Of a DNA stretch of 64,000 nt, positions 1-9,332 are shown piece by piece. A program made the position numbers and the translations under genes. Below the pieces are notes generated by a model. The model was given only the letters and a program-made list of their open reading frames with translations. It did not search any database and was not told the origin of the DNA. Every line of letters starts with the position of its first letter. Position 1 is the stretch's first letter. Source of the stretch: Oligoflexales bacterium (GTDB taxonomy: Bacteria > Bdellovibrionota_B > Oligoflexia > Oligoflexales > CAIYRB01); NCBI GenBank assembly GCA_041736175.1, contig JBGSUI010000246.1, positions 1 to 64,000 of the forward strand. The letters are read 5' to 3'.

Positions 1-1922
1 ATGTCATCGGCATAATCAGCACCACTATTGATCTTACGCTGCTGTTAGGAGACACCAAATGGCGTGAAGGTGTCACGCTCTTCATGACAACATCCCTCAA
101 TAATGAGGCAATAGAAAAAGATATCTTTAGACATGTCGATCGAGCTGCTGATCAGAAAATCATCTTCGCCGAATTGACTTCGAAACTATACCTCGATAAG
201 TTTGGTCAAAATATTGGTTTAAAATTTAGCAAAGGCCTGTTTTGGGAGCGAATCAATCCAGGAGCTATTTTCCTAACAATCATAGGACTTTTGCTGCTTG
301 GTTTACTTTCCCACTATTTAATAAACACCTATGAGAAACTGCAGAAAAGTTTAATCGACCTTGCAGACATCAATAAAAATCTGGAAGAACGAGTTAAAGA
401 TAGAACACGTGATCTGTCGGTCGCCCATGCAGAAATCAAAGAGATTCTCGATAATCTCGACGAGATCGTGTTGCCGATCAATGGCCAAGGAATTATCAGC
501 ACCACCTATTCGCTAGCCTCAAAGCGACTTTTGGGCCTAGAAGATATTGGCAACAAAACTATCGGCGAGGTCCTCTTCAAAGATCTCAATCGACTCAATG
601 AGTCTGATTCTAGACATCTTTTCACCATTTCTATGCTTTCCGGGTTTAACGAATTCCAATGGTTTCTCAGCGCCAACGATTTGTTGCCTCTTGTGAGTTA
701 CCACCACCCTAATCATCCAGAAAAACCCCGAACTCTTTCTATGAAATATTCACCGATTTTTGTTGAGGATAAGTTCACTAAAATGATCATCGTCGCAAAT
801 GATATCTCCGAAGTGCTAGCCCTCAAAGCCTCACTTGCTGAAGCTGAAAAAAGCTCAAGCCTTAGCCAACTTATCATTGGGGAGATCTTGCAATCTGAAA
901 AAACTAATATCGCAACATTTTTTGGCGAATCAGAAGTCCGTATTTCCAATATTAAGACCTACGAACCTACTGACCAAAGTCAAAGACCTGAGCTCCTAAG
1001 AGATCTCCATACTCTTAAAGGCTCCGCCCGCAGTGCTGGTCTTAAAACCTTTGCTTCGCAAGTACATAAAACCGAAGATACTCTTGAACACGCAGAAGGT
1101 GCCATTTCTCCAGAAGCTAAGACCGAACTCATTCGAACCGTGGATACCTATGCAGAATATGCCAAAGTTTACCAAAGAATCTTTGCTGGATCGGGAAAAA
1201 ATCCTAACGATAGTGATTTTTTAACGTGGATTGCTTCCTCATTAAGCTCAAATAAGATTCCAAACCGCGACTTAGCAAAACTCATTCATGATTTTAATTC
1301 TAATCTGATTTATGATGCAGGAGCGCAGTTTTTAAGTTTTGCTCCAGCAACTGCGGAGCTCGCAAGCCAGCTCGGCAAAAAAATCAACTTTCAAGGACCT
1401 GGCCGAGCTTTATACCTCGCCATGGAAACCCGCAGCATCCTCAACGAGGCCTTTACCCATTGCACTCGTAACGCTATCGATCACGGAATCGAATCTATCG
1501 AAGAGCGGCAAAAAAGTAATAAAGCAGAAGCTGGAACCCTTACATTATCCTACGCCGGCCTTCCGGACGGCAAGATCCAGGTCATCGTTGGCGATGATGG
1601 AAGGGGGATCAACCTTAGAAAAGTCCATGAAATAGCATTAAAAAAAGCCCTTGTGGCGACATCATTTGAAAATTTTTCCCATGAGGAAGTTTTGGAATTG
1701 TTGTTTCTTCCCGGCTTCTCCACCAAGGAGTCAGTGAGCGAAATCAGTGGCCGGGGTGTCGGCCTCGATGCCGTCCGGCATGGCTGCCAAAAGATGCAGA
1801 TAGGGGTCCATCTTGAATCCACACAAGGGCAAGGATCAAGGTTTGTCCTGACTTTTCCAAGTCACCTGGTAGGATATTTACAGCCCATCTTCGAGACTGG
1901 CCCAACTCATGTCAGACTTTAA
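1..1922 (+). CDS. CheA-like membrane histidine kinase (TM, coiled coil, PAS-like, HPt, HATPase), 5'-partial
   Basis: HPt motif LHTLKGSAR; HATPase boxes RNAIDHGIE, DDGRGI, FLPGFST, GRGVGLD. The frame is open from the window start (VIGIISTT... upstream of the ATG at 84). Confidence 0.85.
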   Translation, partial: VIGIISTTIDLTLLLGDTKWREGVTLFMTTSLNNEAIEKDIFRHVDRAADQKIIFAELTSKLYLDKFGQNIGLKFSKGLFWERINPGAIFLTIIGLLLLGLLSHYLINTYEKLQKSLIDLADINKNLEERVKDRTRDLSVAHAEIKEILDNLDEIVLPINGQGIISTTYSLASKRLLGLEDIGNKTIGEVLFKDLNRLNESDSRHLFTISMLSGFNEFQWFLSANDLLPLVSYHHPNHPEKPRTLSMKYSPIFVEDKFTKMIIVANDISEVLALKASLAEAEKSSSLSQLIIGEILQSEKTNIATFFGESEVRISNIKTYEPTDQSQRPELLRDLHTLKGSARSAGLKTFASQVHKTEDTLEHAEGAISPEAKTELIRTVDTYAEYAKVYQRIFAGSGKNPNDSDFLTWIASSLSSNKIPNRDLAKLIHDFNSNLIYDAGAQFLSFAPATAELASQLGKKINFQGPGRALYLAMETRSILNEAFTHCTRNAIDHGIESIEERQKSNKAEAGTLTLSYAGLPDGKIQVIVGDDGRGINLRKVHEIALKKALVATSFENFSHEEVLELLFLPGFSTKESVSEISGRGVGLDAVRHGCQKMQIGVHLESTQGQGSRFVLTFPSHLVGYLQPIFETGPTHVRL

Positions 1923-2106
1923 AGCGTGACCCTAAACTGTCGAAAAATTGAACATGACTGATAGAAATATTACTATTCCCTCCCCCTGTTTAGGCTGTCT
2001 TAAAAGTAAAGTATGATTTACTTTAGGTCGAAAAATCTATTAATATATCAGTATATTAACCAAATTTATCAATTTTGACCCATTGAATTTCTAAATGATC
2101 AGATTA

Positions 2107-2124
2107 CGGGACTATATTTTGCTT
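2107..2124 (+). promoter_or_regulatory. sigma54-type -24/-12 promoter
   Basis: CGGGACTATATTTTGCTT = GG-N10-GC, about 65 nt upstream of the ATG at 2188. Confidence 0.55.
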
Positions 2125-2187
2125 AGAGACAAGAGTTCTATATAGGCATCGAGCCAAATATCAATTAACTTAAACTTGGGTGTATTA

Positions 2188-3408
2188 ATGAAAGTAATCT
2201 TTAAAACTGCGGTACAATTCGTACTCATGATGTCATTGAGTACGGCAGCATGCGTCAAGAAATCAAATCCGGTTGAGTCTGATGTACAAGGTAGCGGCAC
2301 CATCGCTCTTCGTTCATTAAATGCAGCTCGATTGGGGCAATTCAGAAAAAATCTGGTTAAACGTCAGACCATGACTGTACATTGTCGCGCAAATCCTCAG
2401 GATAATTTCCGCGGAGTTTTGTTTGAAGAACTTCAGAAAGAAGGAGGAGTTCCTCGGGTCCAACTCCAGCCATTACTCATTGAAATGGTAAAGTTGGATT
2501 CTAAGGATTGCGCTCTATCAAGTTGCCAGGAAAAATTTGGATTTAGTCAAAAAAATGTTGAATCATTTCTGAATCAAGCTCTAAAAATCGTTGAGATAAA
2601 TCACGAGTTCAAAAAAAATAATGAATTCGCCTACAAGATTCTTGTGAGCAGCCTCACTGCCGACGGACAAAGTGGTTCCACGAGTTCTCAGTTTCCAATT
2701 TTCGGCGGTGATATTCCAGCGATTAAGCCCATCGGTGATGAATCGATTCCTTCTGCGGAAGTGATTAAAAACGCATTGGAGGAATATCAAGATTTGGCGG
2801 ATTTTGTTTTCGGAGAATACGTTAGGAATATATATTTTTCTGCGAACATACGATACTTGAGTGCAAAGCCTCTTCCAGGGCAAGATAAGATCATCCAACC
2901 TAGTCGCATGATTGATGGGATGGATGAAGAGTCCAAAGACGAAATGAAGTATTATTATGAAATATTCGCGCAATTATTTACTAAACTTGCCCCAACTCCT
3001 GGTACTGTTTACCGAACAATCCAGGCACCACGTGACCTTGTAGATGATTTGCGTGAACGCGCAAAAAAAAGACAGACAACTGGCCTATACTATAAAGGAC
3101 AAGCAGCTGTGACCAGTTCAACACGGGATCCGTCCTTTGCAAATTTCTGGGCGACCTATTCGAACGAACTCCCTAAAAATGAAGATTTATTTGGAAAGCA
3201 ACAAAATGATATAGCTCCTATGATACTCGTCATCAACCAAAAAACAGGTGTCAGTATCGAAAAAGCCACTTCTGGAAAAATGAAAGAAATCGTTTTACCA
3301 GCAAGCGATCGATATGAGGTCGTCCGATTTGAAGATCGCTCTCAACCCAATACAGCTGACCCTCAATTTTCCAACGCAAAATATATCGTTTATTTAGTGG
3401 AGCGATAG
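2188..3408 (+). CDS. Lipoprotein with C-terminal R-S-E-type ADP-ribosyltransferase domain
   Basis: Lipobox-like LSTAAC; ART motifs GTVYR, VTSSTRDP and KEIVLP in the usual order. Start set at ATG 2188 (the ORF track starts at TTG 2176). Confidence 0.7.
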   Translation: MKVIFKTAVQFVLMMSLSTAACVKKSNPVESDVQGSGTIALRSLNAARLGQFRKNLVKRQTMTVHCRANPQDNFRGVLFEELQKEGGVPRVQLQPLLIEMVKLDSKDCALSSCQEKFGFSQKNVESFLNQALKIVEINHEFKKNNEFAYKILVSSLTADGQSGSTSSQFPIFGGDIPAIKPIGDESIPSAEVIKNALEEYQDLADFVFGEYVRNIYFSANIRYLSAKPLPGQDKIIQPSRMIDGMDEESKDEMKYYYEIFAQLFTKLAPTPGTVYRTIQAPRDLVDDLRERAKKRQTTGLYYKGQAAVTSSTRDPSFANFWATYSNELPKNEDLFGKQQNDIAPMILVINQKTGVSIEKATSGKMKEIVLPASDRYEVVRFEDRSQPNTADPQFSNAKYIVYLVER

Positions 3409-3429
3409 CAATCGTGGAACCAACAGCGG

Positions 3430-4302
3430 TCAATCAAGGATCCGCACAACTCCCACTCCTATTGAGGTTCCATAGGCAAGGTTGATGATACTTTGGGAGA
3501 GTTCGCCGAGCATGTTCCATTCTTTACTCATATTCCATTGGGAGCCTAAGCTCCACCGGGCATAAGGTAGATAGCCATTGCGAACTTTCGCCCCCTTTTT
3601 AAGCTCTGATTCTACAAGTTCTTTGTCACCATCGATGGTGGCATTGACTTGAGTGATCCCCAGGGTCAATTCTGTTCGGATAGAAAAGGGGCGGTTTTCT
3701 CGCCAGGCATAGGCACCTCCACCCATAAGGCCAAAGGCAGATACGCTGATGGGTAGCTGTTCCACTGCATAATCGGTGTATCGGTTGGCCTCGCCGTTGA
3801 TTTTAAGGTAATTGCCGCGGGCGACCCAATGGGCACCTTTCCAAAAACGTCTTTGGTAGTAAGCGGTGGCTTCGATCCCTGGACTGCCGAGTCCAATGGA
3901 ATAGGTTGAAAGGCCCAGGGAGCTACCGACGCTATGGCGGGCGGGTTCTTGGTAGATTTTGATCACCGGTGCTTTAACGCCATCTTCAGGTCTGCTATCT
4001 AAGATGGCGAGCTGGTAATGTTCCTTGATGGATCCATGCCGTTTTCTGATCTTGACCTGGCGCGTGGGCCCCTCGATCCCTTGGACTTCGCCCGTCGCGA
4101 CCAGCTCGCCTTCGGAGTTAAAGATCCCTACGCGGTCGCCAATGATTAGGTTTCGATCATCGATCTCACAGCGAGTTTGGTTTTTATTACAACCAAGGTT
4201 TGCTTGGCGGCCATAGAGGGAGGGAGCCATCCCCAGGAGTCCTAATCCAACGCTCCAGAATGTCAGCTGATATTTTTTCTTGGTCCGAGTATTTGTAAGC
4301 AT
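3430..4302 (-). CDS. Secreted/outer-membrane protein with C-terminal beta-barrel-like strands
   Basis: Signal-like N-terminus; alternating Gly/aromatic beta-strand pattern in the C-terminal half. Confidence 0.5.
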   Translation of the reverse strand: MLTNTRTKKKYQLTFWSVGLGLLGMAPSLYGRQANLGCNKNQTRCEIDDRNLIIGDRVGIFNSEGELVATGEVQGIEGPTRQVKIRKRHGSIKEHYQLAILDSRPEDGVKAPVIKIYQEPARHSVGSSLGLSTYSIGLGSPGIEATAYYQRRFWKGAHWVARGNYLKINGEANRYTDYAVEQLPISVSAFGLMGGGAYAWRENRPFSIRTELTLGITQVNATIDGDKELVESELKKGAKVRNGYLPYARWSLGSQWNMSKEWNMLGELSQSIINLAYGTSIGVGVVRILD

Positions 4303-4338
4303 AATTTTCCTCTTTTGAGCAACAGTTGTCTAAAAAAC

Positions 4339-4356
4339 ATGCAAACGGTGAGCCTA
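4339..4356 (-). promoter_or_regulatory. sigma54-type promoter
   Basis: Minus strand TAGGCTCACCGTTTGCAT (GG-N10-GC), about 40 nt upstream of the start at 4302. Confidence 0.55.
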
Positions 4357-4398
4357 AGTCCGTCGGCAGTGTTTTTAGGAGCTTGGCACCGAGGGTTG

Positions 4399-4415
4399 TG
4401 TCAAAAGTTTTGACA
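4399..4415. promoter_or_regulatory. Palindromic TGT-N11-ACA site, candidate enhancer-binding-protein site
   Basis: TGTCAAAAGTTTTGACA has perfect 8-bp arms and lies about 45 nt upstream of the sigma54-type motif. Confidence 0.5.
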
Positions 4416-4477
4416 GCGTTTTGTCTCTGGGCAGGCCAAAAAAAAAGAAAAGTTTTAACCTATCGCGAGTTTCTTAG

Positions 4478-4506
4478 TAGACATCTTCCGTGCCAATCAT
4501 TATAAG
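4478..4506 (+). promoter_or_regulatory. sigma70-type promoter of ffs
   Basis: TAGACA-N17-TATAAG immediately upstream of the SRP RNA hairpin. Confidence 0.55.
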
Positions 4507-4522
4507 AACTCTCTGTGCTTAG

Positions 4523-4642
4523 AGAGCAGCGTGATAGCCAGATCCTAGGTGATGCTGGCCCGCGAACCCCGCCAGGCCCGGAAGGGAGCAACGGTAGTGG
4601 CGTTCGGTAGGTGCTTGGGTCGTCTGGCTATCACCCTGCTCT
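4523..4642 (+). ncRNA. ffs: Signal recognition particle RNA (4.5S)
   Basis: Domain IV motif CCAGGCCCGGAAGGGAGCAAC; terminal stem AGAGCAGCGTGATAGCCAGA / TCTGGCTATCACCCTGCTCT; lies directly upstream of dnaX. Confidence 0.93.
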
Positions 4643-4684
4643 TTCTTTGTAAGGTTTCAAAAGCTGCCCACTTGAGATCTGCCC

Positions 4685-6583
4685 ATGAGCTACCAGTCCC
4701 TTGCCAGAAAATATCGTCCAGCCCGTTTTGCTGATTTGGTGGGACAAGACAGTGTTGCGAGGGCGCTGGCTAATGGGATTGCCATTGGGCGAGAACCCCA
4801 TGGACTGCTTTTTACCGGAGTTCGAGGTGTGGGTAAAACCACCATCGCTCGGATCTACGCTAAGGCGCTCAACTGCCCCGATCGAACCCCAGACTCCGAG
4901 CCTTGTGATCGATGCGAGAGCTGCAAGGCGGTCACCCTCGGAAACCATGAAGATGTGATGGAAATCGATGGAGCCTCAAACACCAGCGTCAACGACGTGC
5001 GGATGCTCCAGGAGACGATCCACTATGTCCCCCAAAGGTCTCAGTTTAAAGTCTATATCATCGACGAAGTCCATATGCTGTCTCCTGCAGCCTTTAATGC
5101 GCTCTTAAAGACCCTTGAAGAGCCACCATCCCACGTGGTTTTTGTCTTTGCGACGACCGAGGTCCATAAAGTCCCAGAGACTATTTTGTCCCGTTGCCAG
5201 ACCTTTTACCTTAAAAAGCTCTCCCGACCGCTGATCCAAAAACGTTTGGCGACCATCCTAGGCTGGGAGGGCATTGAAGCAGAGGAGCGCGCCCTTTCGT
5301 TGATTGCCCGGGAAGGCCATGGATCCATGCGAGATGCCCTCACGATCCTTGACCAGGGGATTGCACTGGGGGGATCCCCTGTAAAGATCACCGAAGCGAC
5401 CTTGGAGGGCCTTGTCTCCCAGCGGAGTTCTACCTTATATCTGGAGCTCCTACAGAGTCTGATCCAACGGGATGCTAAGGCTGCGTTTCAGGTGATCTGT
5501 CAGCTTGACCAGGGAGGTGCGGAGTTTACCATGGTGGCCGAGGAAGTCGCTGGGTTTGCCCGTCATGGTTTTATCCTCAAGGCCCTGGCTCCGGTAAGAT
5601 CAAATCACCCTGCTGGACGCCAGGAGCTTCCTCCCCGTGAGGCTCCTGCCCGTGAGGCTCCTATGGTGGTCTCCAAGCATCTTTTTGAAACGGAAGCTCT
5701 TGGGCTAGATGATCAAGAGTTGGCTACGATCCAAGGCTTGGTCGAAAGCGCGCAGCCCTTTGACCTTAACCGGATCTTCAGGACCATGACCAAGGCCCGC
5801 CAAGATCTGGATGGATCAAATCTCGACCGATTTATCTTCGAAAACTATGTTTTTGAATGGTGCCTCGATCCTGGATTTCTCGATATAAGCCAACTCCTAG
5901 AGACTGGCGTAAAACCTGGGGCCGGTCCCCACGGGCATCCCAAGGAGGCCCCGAAAAATCCTCCCCTTGCGGCTCCTCTCCCCACAAGAGGAACTGATCA
6001 TCAACCGTCCGCGCCAAGCTTGCGGGCAAAGGCCTCGGATGGAACTCAGTTTAAGGCCCTCTCCTCACAGGCTCCTCCGGCTCCTCAGCCTCCGACCCAA
6101 GGGACACCTGCTGCTCCAACGCCGCCGGCCCCAGTCTACCAAGCTCCCCCAACCCAGACTCGCCAGTGGCCCAAAACCTGGCGAGAACTCCTCGATTCCT
6201 GGCGCCTCTCAAAACCACTTTTTGCTCGTAAATTAGAAGAAGTCTTGGTTTTGGAGTATCAACCCGACAGGTTGATTTTGGGCGTCCATCCCGACAGCTA
6301 TTCGAGCAAGGCTCTGCTCCAACCAGACGAACAGCGAAGGATTAGCGAGCAGCTTAAAGAACTCTTTGGGTTTCAAGGGGTGTTTCAAGTCCGCCAGGCC
6401 ACCGCCCTTGATAACGAGACTGCCGGTGACACGATTTTGCTCACCCGCCAAAAAGAGGCAGAGCAGGTGCGCCAGAAGCATCTTGAAGCGGTCAAGGTAG
6501 CTCCATTGACCCAAGCTCTGACCTCAGCCTTGGGGGCGACCATCGAAGATGTTAGGATTCAAGGTGACGGCCAGCCTTTATAG
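4685..6583 (+). CDS. dnaX: DNA polymerase III subunit gamma/tau
   Basis: YQSLARKYRP, Walker A GVRGVGKTT, Zn-binding cysteines, IIDEVHML, SRC motif, Pro-rich linker. Confidence 0.97.
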   Translation: MSYQSLARKYRPARFADLVGQDSVARALANGIAIGREPHGLLFTGVRGVGKTTIARIYAKALNCPDRTPDSEPCDRCESCKAVTLGNHEDVMEIDGASNTSVNDVRMLQETIHYVPQRSQFKVYIIDEVHMLSPAAFNALLKTLEEPPSHVVFVFATTEVHKVPETILSRCQTFYLKKLSRPLIQKRLATILGWEGIEAEERALSLIAREGHGSMRDALTILDQGIALGGSPVKITEATLEGLVSQRSSTLYLELLQSLIQRDAKAAFQVICQLDQGGAEFTMVAEEVAGFARHGFILKALAPVRSNHPAGRQELPPREAPAREAPMVVSKHLFETEALGLDDQELATIQGLVESAQPFDLNRIFRTMTKARQDLDGSNLDRFIFENYVFEWCLDPGFLDISQLLETGVKPGAGPHGHPKEAPKNPPLAAPLPTRGTDHQPSAPSLRAKASDGTQFKALSSQAPPAPQPPTQGTPAAPTPPAPVYQAPPTQTRQWPKTWRELLDSWRLSKPLFARKLEEVLVLEYQPDRLILGVHPDSYSSKALLQPDEQRRISEQLKELFGFQGVFQVRQATALDNETAGDTILLTRQKEAEQVRQKHLEAVKVAPLTQALTSALGATIEDVRIQGDGQPL

Positions 6584-6645
6584 GGCTCCCGTTGACTTGT
6601 AATGGTCCTATGCGCTTCGAGCCCCTGCTAGGATGGAGATAAGCA

Positions 6646-7230
6646 ATGGCGTTTACCAATTTTGACACCAAAGAAATAAACTGCAAAATTATATATTTTG
6701 GTCCTGAAGGTTCAGGTAAGACCGAGAATTTAAGGTCTATCTACCGTCAGACTTCTCCCGATGGGACCGGGAGTTTGATGGACTTTGAAGAGGCGGCGGG
6801 GCCGACCCGGTTTTTTGATTTTTTGCCGGTAAGTCTCGGCCATATAAGGGATTTTCATGTAAAGCTACACCTTTTTACCCTGCCTGCAAACCGGATGTAC
6901 GAATCTGTCCGCCAAGTGATCCTCAAGGGGGTCGACGGGTTTGTGTTTGTGGCTGATTCACGGATTGAATCCATGACCCAAAATGTTTCTTGCCTTAACG
7001 AATGCCATAAGCTTCTCGTGGCAGAGGGCTACCAGATGGGGGATTTGGCAAAGGTGATCCAGTACAATAAAGCGGATTTGCCAAATCTAATCCCAAGCAA
7101 GGTCCTACGCCGGGAGCTAAATGCCGCAGGAGTTGCGGACCAGGAAGCGATAGCCACAAAAATGGTGGGAACTCTGGAGACACTCAATGCCTTGGGTCAG
7201 CAGGTTCTTAAAAAGCTTGTGCCCCATTGA
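6646..7230 (+). CDS. mglA: MglA-family small GTPase (divergent)
   Basis: EINCKIIYFGP, FFDFLP, ILKGVDGFVFVADS and QYNKxDL are collinear with myxobacterial MglA. Confidence 0.85.
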   Translation: MAFTNFDTKEINCKIIYFGPEGSGKTENLRSIYRQTSPDGTGSLMDFEEAAGPTRFFDFLPVSLGHIRDFHVKLHLFTLPANRMYESVRQVILKGVDGFVFVADSRIESMTQNVSCLNECHKLLVAEGYQMGDLAKVIQYNKADLPNLIPSKVLRRELNAAGVADQEAIATKMVGTLETLNALGQQVLKKLVPH

Positions 7231-7814
7231 TTCTATCCACGTGTGACTCTATTTGTCCCGTGAGCCGTGAGGAGAAGGAAGTTATGGAAATAAACTTAAG
7301 GCTGCTTATGGCAACTCCTGATTCAAAGGGAATTATTCGCTTTCCTCCCTATGACAGGGTGTCTGGTAGTCCCTACTTTGGGATCCCGCATCAAGGGTCG
7401 ACAAAAGGATCGCTTTTAGGGATCGAGCAAACGGTGATCAAGCCGGCGGTCGATAGGGTTTTCTCGCAGAATATGGATTTTTTATGGTCGCTCAATCCAT
7501 TGATCGACGAAGTGTTGTGCAACCCTGAGGATCACACCCCAGACCAACCCCCAGATCAGACCCTGAGACAAGGCCAAGAAGGGGATCTCCTGCCAGGGGA
7601 GCGACTGCGTTTGGTACAAGTCACCAAACCCCTGGCGTCCGGTGATTGGCTTTCGATGCCAGATATCTTGCGGAGTCTTCCACCGAGCCGGATTCGGGTT
7701 TTTTACCTGAAAGTTTTTCAAGTCTTGATGGGTCAACACTCTGAAAAAACGGATGCCATCTCCGTAGACCAGCTCAAAAAACACCTTCTTAAAAATCCTA
7801 ATAAGGGGTCTTAA
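7227..7814 (+). CDS. Hypothetical protein
   Basis: 195-aa ORF packed between mglA and the thioesterase gene; the true start may be a downstream ATG. Confidence 0.55.
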   Translation: MILSTCDSICPVSREEKEVMEINLRLLMATPDSKGIIRFPPYDRVSGSPYFGIPHQGSTKGSLLGIEQTVIKPAVDRVFSQNMDFLWSLNPLIDEVLCNPEDHTPDQPPDQTLRQGQEGDLLPGERLRLVQVTKPLASGDWLSMPDILRSLPPSRIRVFYLKVFQVLMGQHSEKTDAISVDQLKKHLLKNPNKGS

Positions 7815-7818
7815 ATAA

Positions 7819-8247
7819 ATGCCCGACGAAGCTTTACTGGTAGGGGAATCGACGGTTCGTATCTACTACGAAGATACAGATTTCAGTGGGTATGTTTACC
7901 ATGCAAACTATCTCAAGTTTTTCGAAAGAGCCCGAGAGGATTTGATTGGAGTCGAAAGGATCAAAAAATATTTTGGTGAGGGGCTGCATTTTGTGGTCGC
8001 ACGAGCTGACCTCAGATTTTTGCGCCCCACCCAGCATGCAGATCTTTTGACGATCAATACCAAAATGCGATTTAGTGAATCCCCCGTCGTACCAGTGGAG
8101 CAAGAGGCGTCCTGCGGGGGGCAGAAAGTCGTCACTATGACCATGAAGCTTGCAGCTGTGAATGCACAGGGTGAACCTATGAGAATCCCAGGGACCATTC
8201 TCCAGTCTTTGAGGCCAGGAGCAAAAATAGCTTTTGGAGGTTTGTAA
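7819..8247 (+). CDS. YbgC/4HBT-family acyl-CoA thioesterase
   Basis: RIYYEDTDFSGYVYHANYLKFFERAR hot-dog-fold motif. Confidence 0.9.
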   Translation: MPDEALLVGESTVRIYYEDTDFSGYVYHANYLKFFERAREDLIGVERIKKYFGEGLHFVVARADLRFLRPTQHADLLTINTKMRFSESPVVPVEQEASCGGQKVVTMTMKLAAVNAQGEPMRIPGTILQSLRPGAKIAFGGL

Positions 8248-8351
8248 AGTTCCTTTTAATGGTGGTGTAACTGGCGCCAACCTTAATTGAATTTCTATTC
8301 TTTTAATTTCGAACGGGATCATACCGATCTGTACTCTCATAGGAGGTCAGT

Positions 8352-9326
8352 ATGAACTTAAGTCATAGTGTCAATCGTTACTTAATTATTTTGTCGATGC
8401 CTGGAATGGTCGCTTGCTCTGGCGGGACAAAAGACTCTGCTTCCTCCCGCAGTCGACCCTCAATTGAAGATATTGACAGCACGCAGGCTTCATTAGATCA
8501 GGAAAAATCTGCCAAAGATCAATCTAATCAATCCAAGGGAAAAGCAGTTGGAACCTCCAGCCAAGCCAGCGGTGTGAGTTCAGGCACTGTTCAAGACTCC
8601 TCATCTACGGATACCCAAGGGTCTAGTGAGAATGCCCCCGCCGACGAGCCTATTCAAATTACGGGCGCCTTCTTGACCTGTGTTAAAAGTACAGACCTAT
8701 ACTGTGCCTTCGATGTTGCCCTGGACCAACCTTATCAGTTTAAGCAGGATCCCGGTGTAACGTTTAGTTTAGAATTTAATAACGACGAATCTCGGATCCA
8801 ACAATACAAGGCCGAGTATCTAGGTATGGGATCTCGGTGGCACTGGAAAATCCAAGTCCCCGGTGGCTCTTTGCCAACGGTAACCGCAGTGAATCTCTTG
8901 TTACCCAATAAAAAAATCGGCAATAACCAGTACCGGCAGACCTTTTTACTGGCACCGATTACCGTTGGAGATCAGACCATATCGACTGGCCAACGGGGAT
9001 GTAGCAGTGAGACCATTTCAAGAGCCGTCTTTTCTGGTGCAAGTTACACCCGACCCTTTAAGATCTTAAAAAATGAATCAGATTTAGTTGTGACCATCCA
9101 AAAAATCTGTGGAGTTGAAAATAACGCTGCCGTCGTTAGGATTATGAAAGGAACCACCCTTTTTAAATCGGAAAGACTTCCTGAGAGCCGTGATAATGAA
9201 ACCGATTTCGTAAAAAAGTTTGATAACCTAGACGAAGGTGACTATCTCTTGGAAGTCGTTCCAGGGAGAAATTCCAATAACACATTAGACAACCTGTTTT
9301 TTTATGACTTGATGCTTTCTCTCTAA
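8352..9326 (+). CDS. Hypothetical lipoprotein with Ser-rich linker
   Basis: AGGAGG RBS; lipobox MVAC followed by a low-complexity Ser/Thr/Gln tether. Confidence 0.7.
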   Translation: MNLSHSVNRYLIILSMPGMVACSGGTKDSASSRSRPSIEDIDSTQASLDQEKSAKDQSNQSKGKAVGTSSQASGVSSGTVQDSSSTDTQGSSENAPADEPIQITGAFLTCVKSTDLYCAFDVALDQPYQFKQDPGVTFSLEFNNDESRIQQYKAEYLGMGSRWHWKIQVPGGSLPTVTAVNLLLPNKKIGNNQYRQTFLLAPITVGDQTISTGQRGCSSETISRAVFSGASYTRPFKILKNESDLVVTIQKICGVENNAAVVRIMKGTTLFKSERLPESRDNETDFVKKFDNLDEGDYLLEVVPGRNSNNTLDNLFFYDLMLSL

Positions 9327-9332
9327 GCAGCC

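Noticed and set aside
5634..5662. 15-bp tandem repeat (REAPA) in dnaX
   Set aside because: Two copies in a variable loop; ordinary slippage.
4685..6583. Programmed frameshift in dnaX producing the gamma subunit
   Set aside because: No A-AAA-AAG or long A-run slippery site was noticed at the expected position; the AAAAAG near 5214 is too short and lies inside the ATPase domain.
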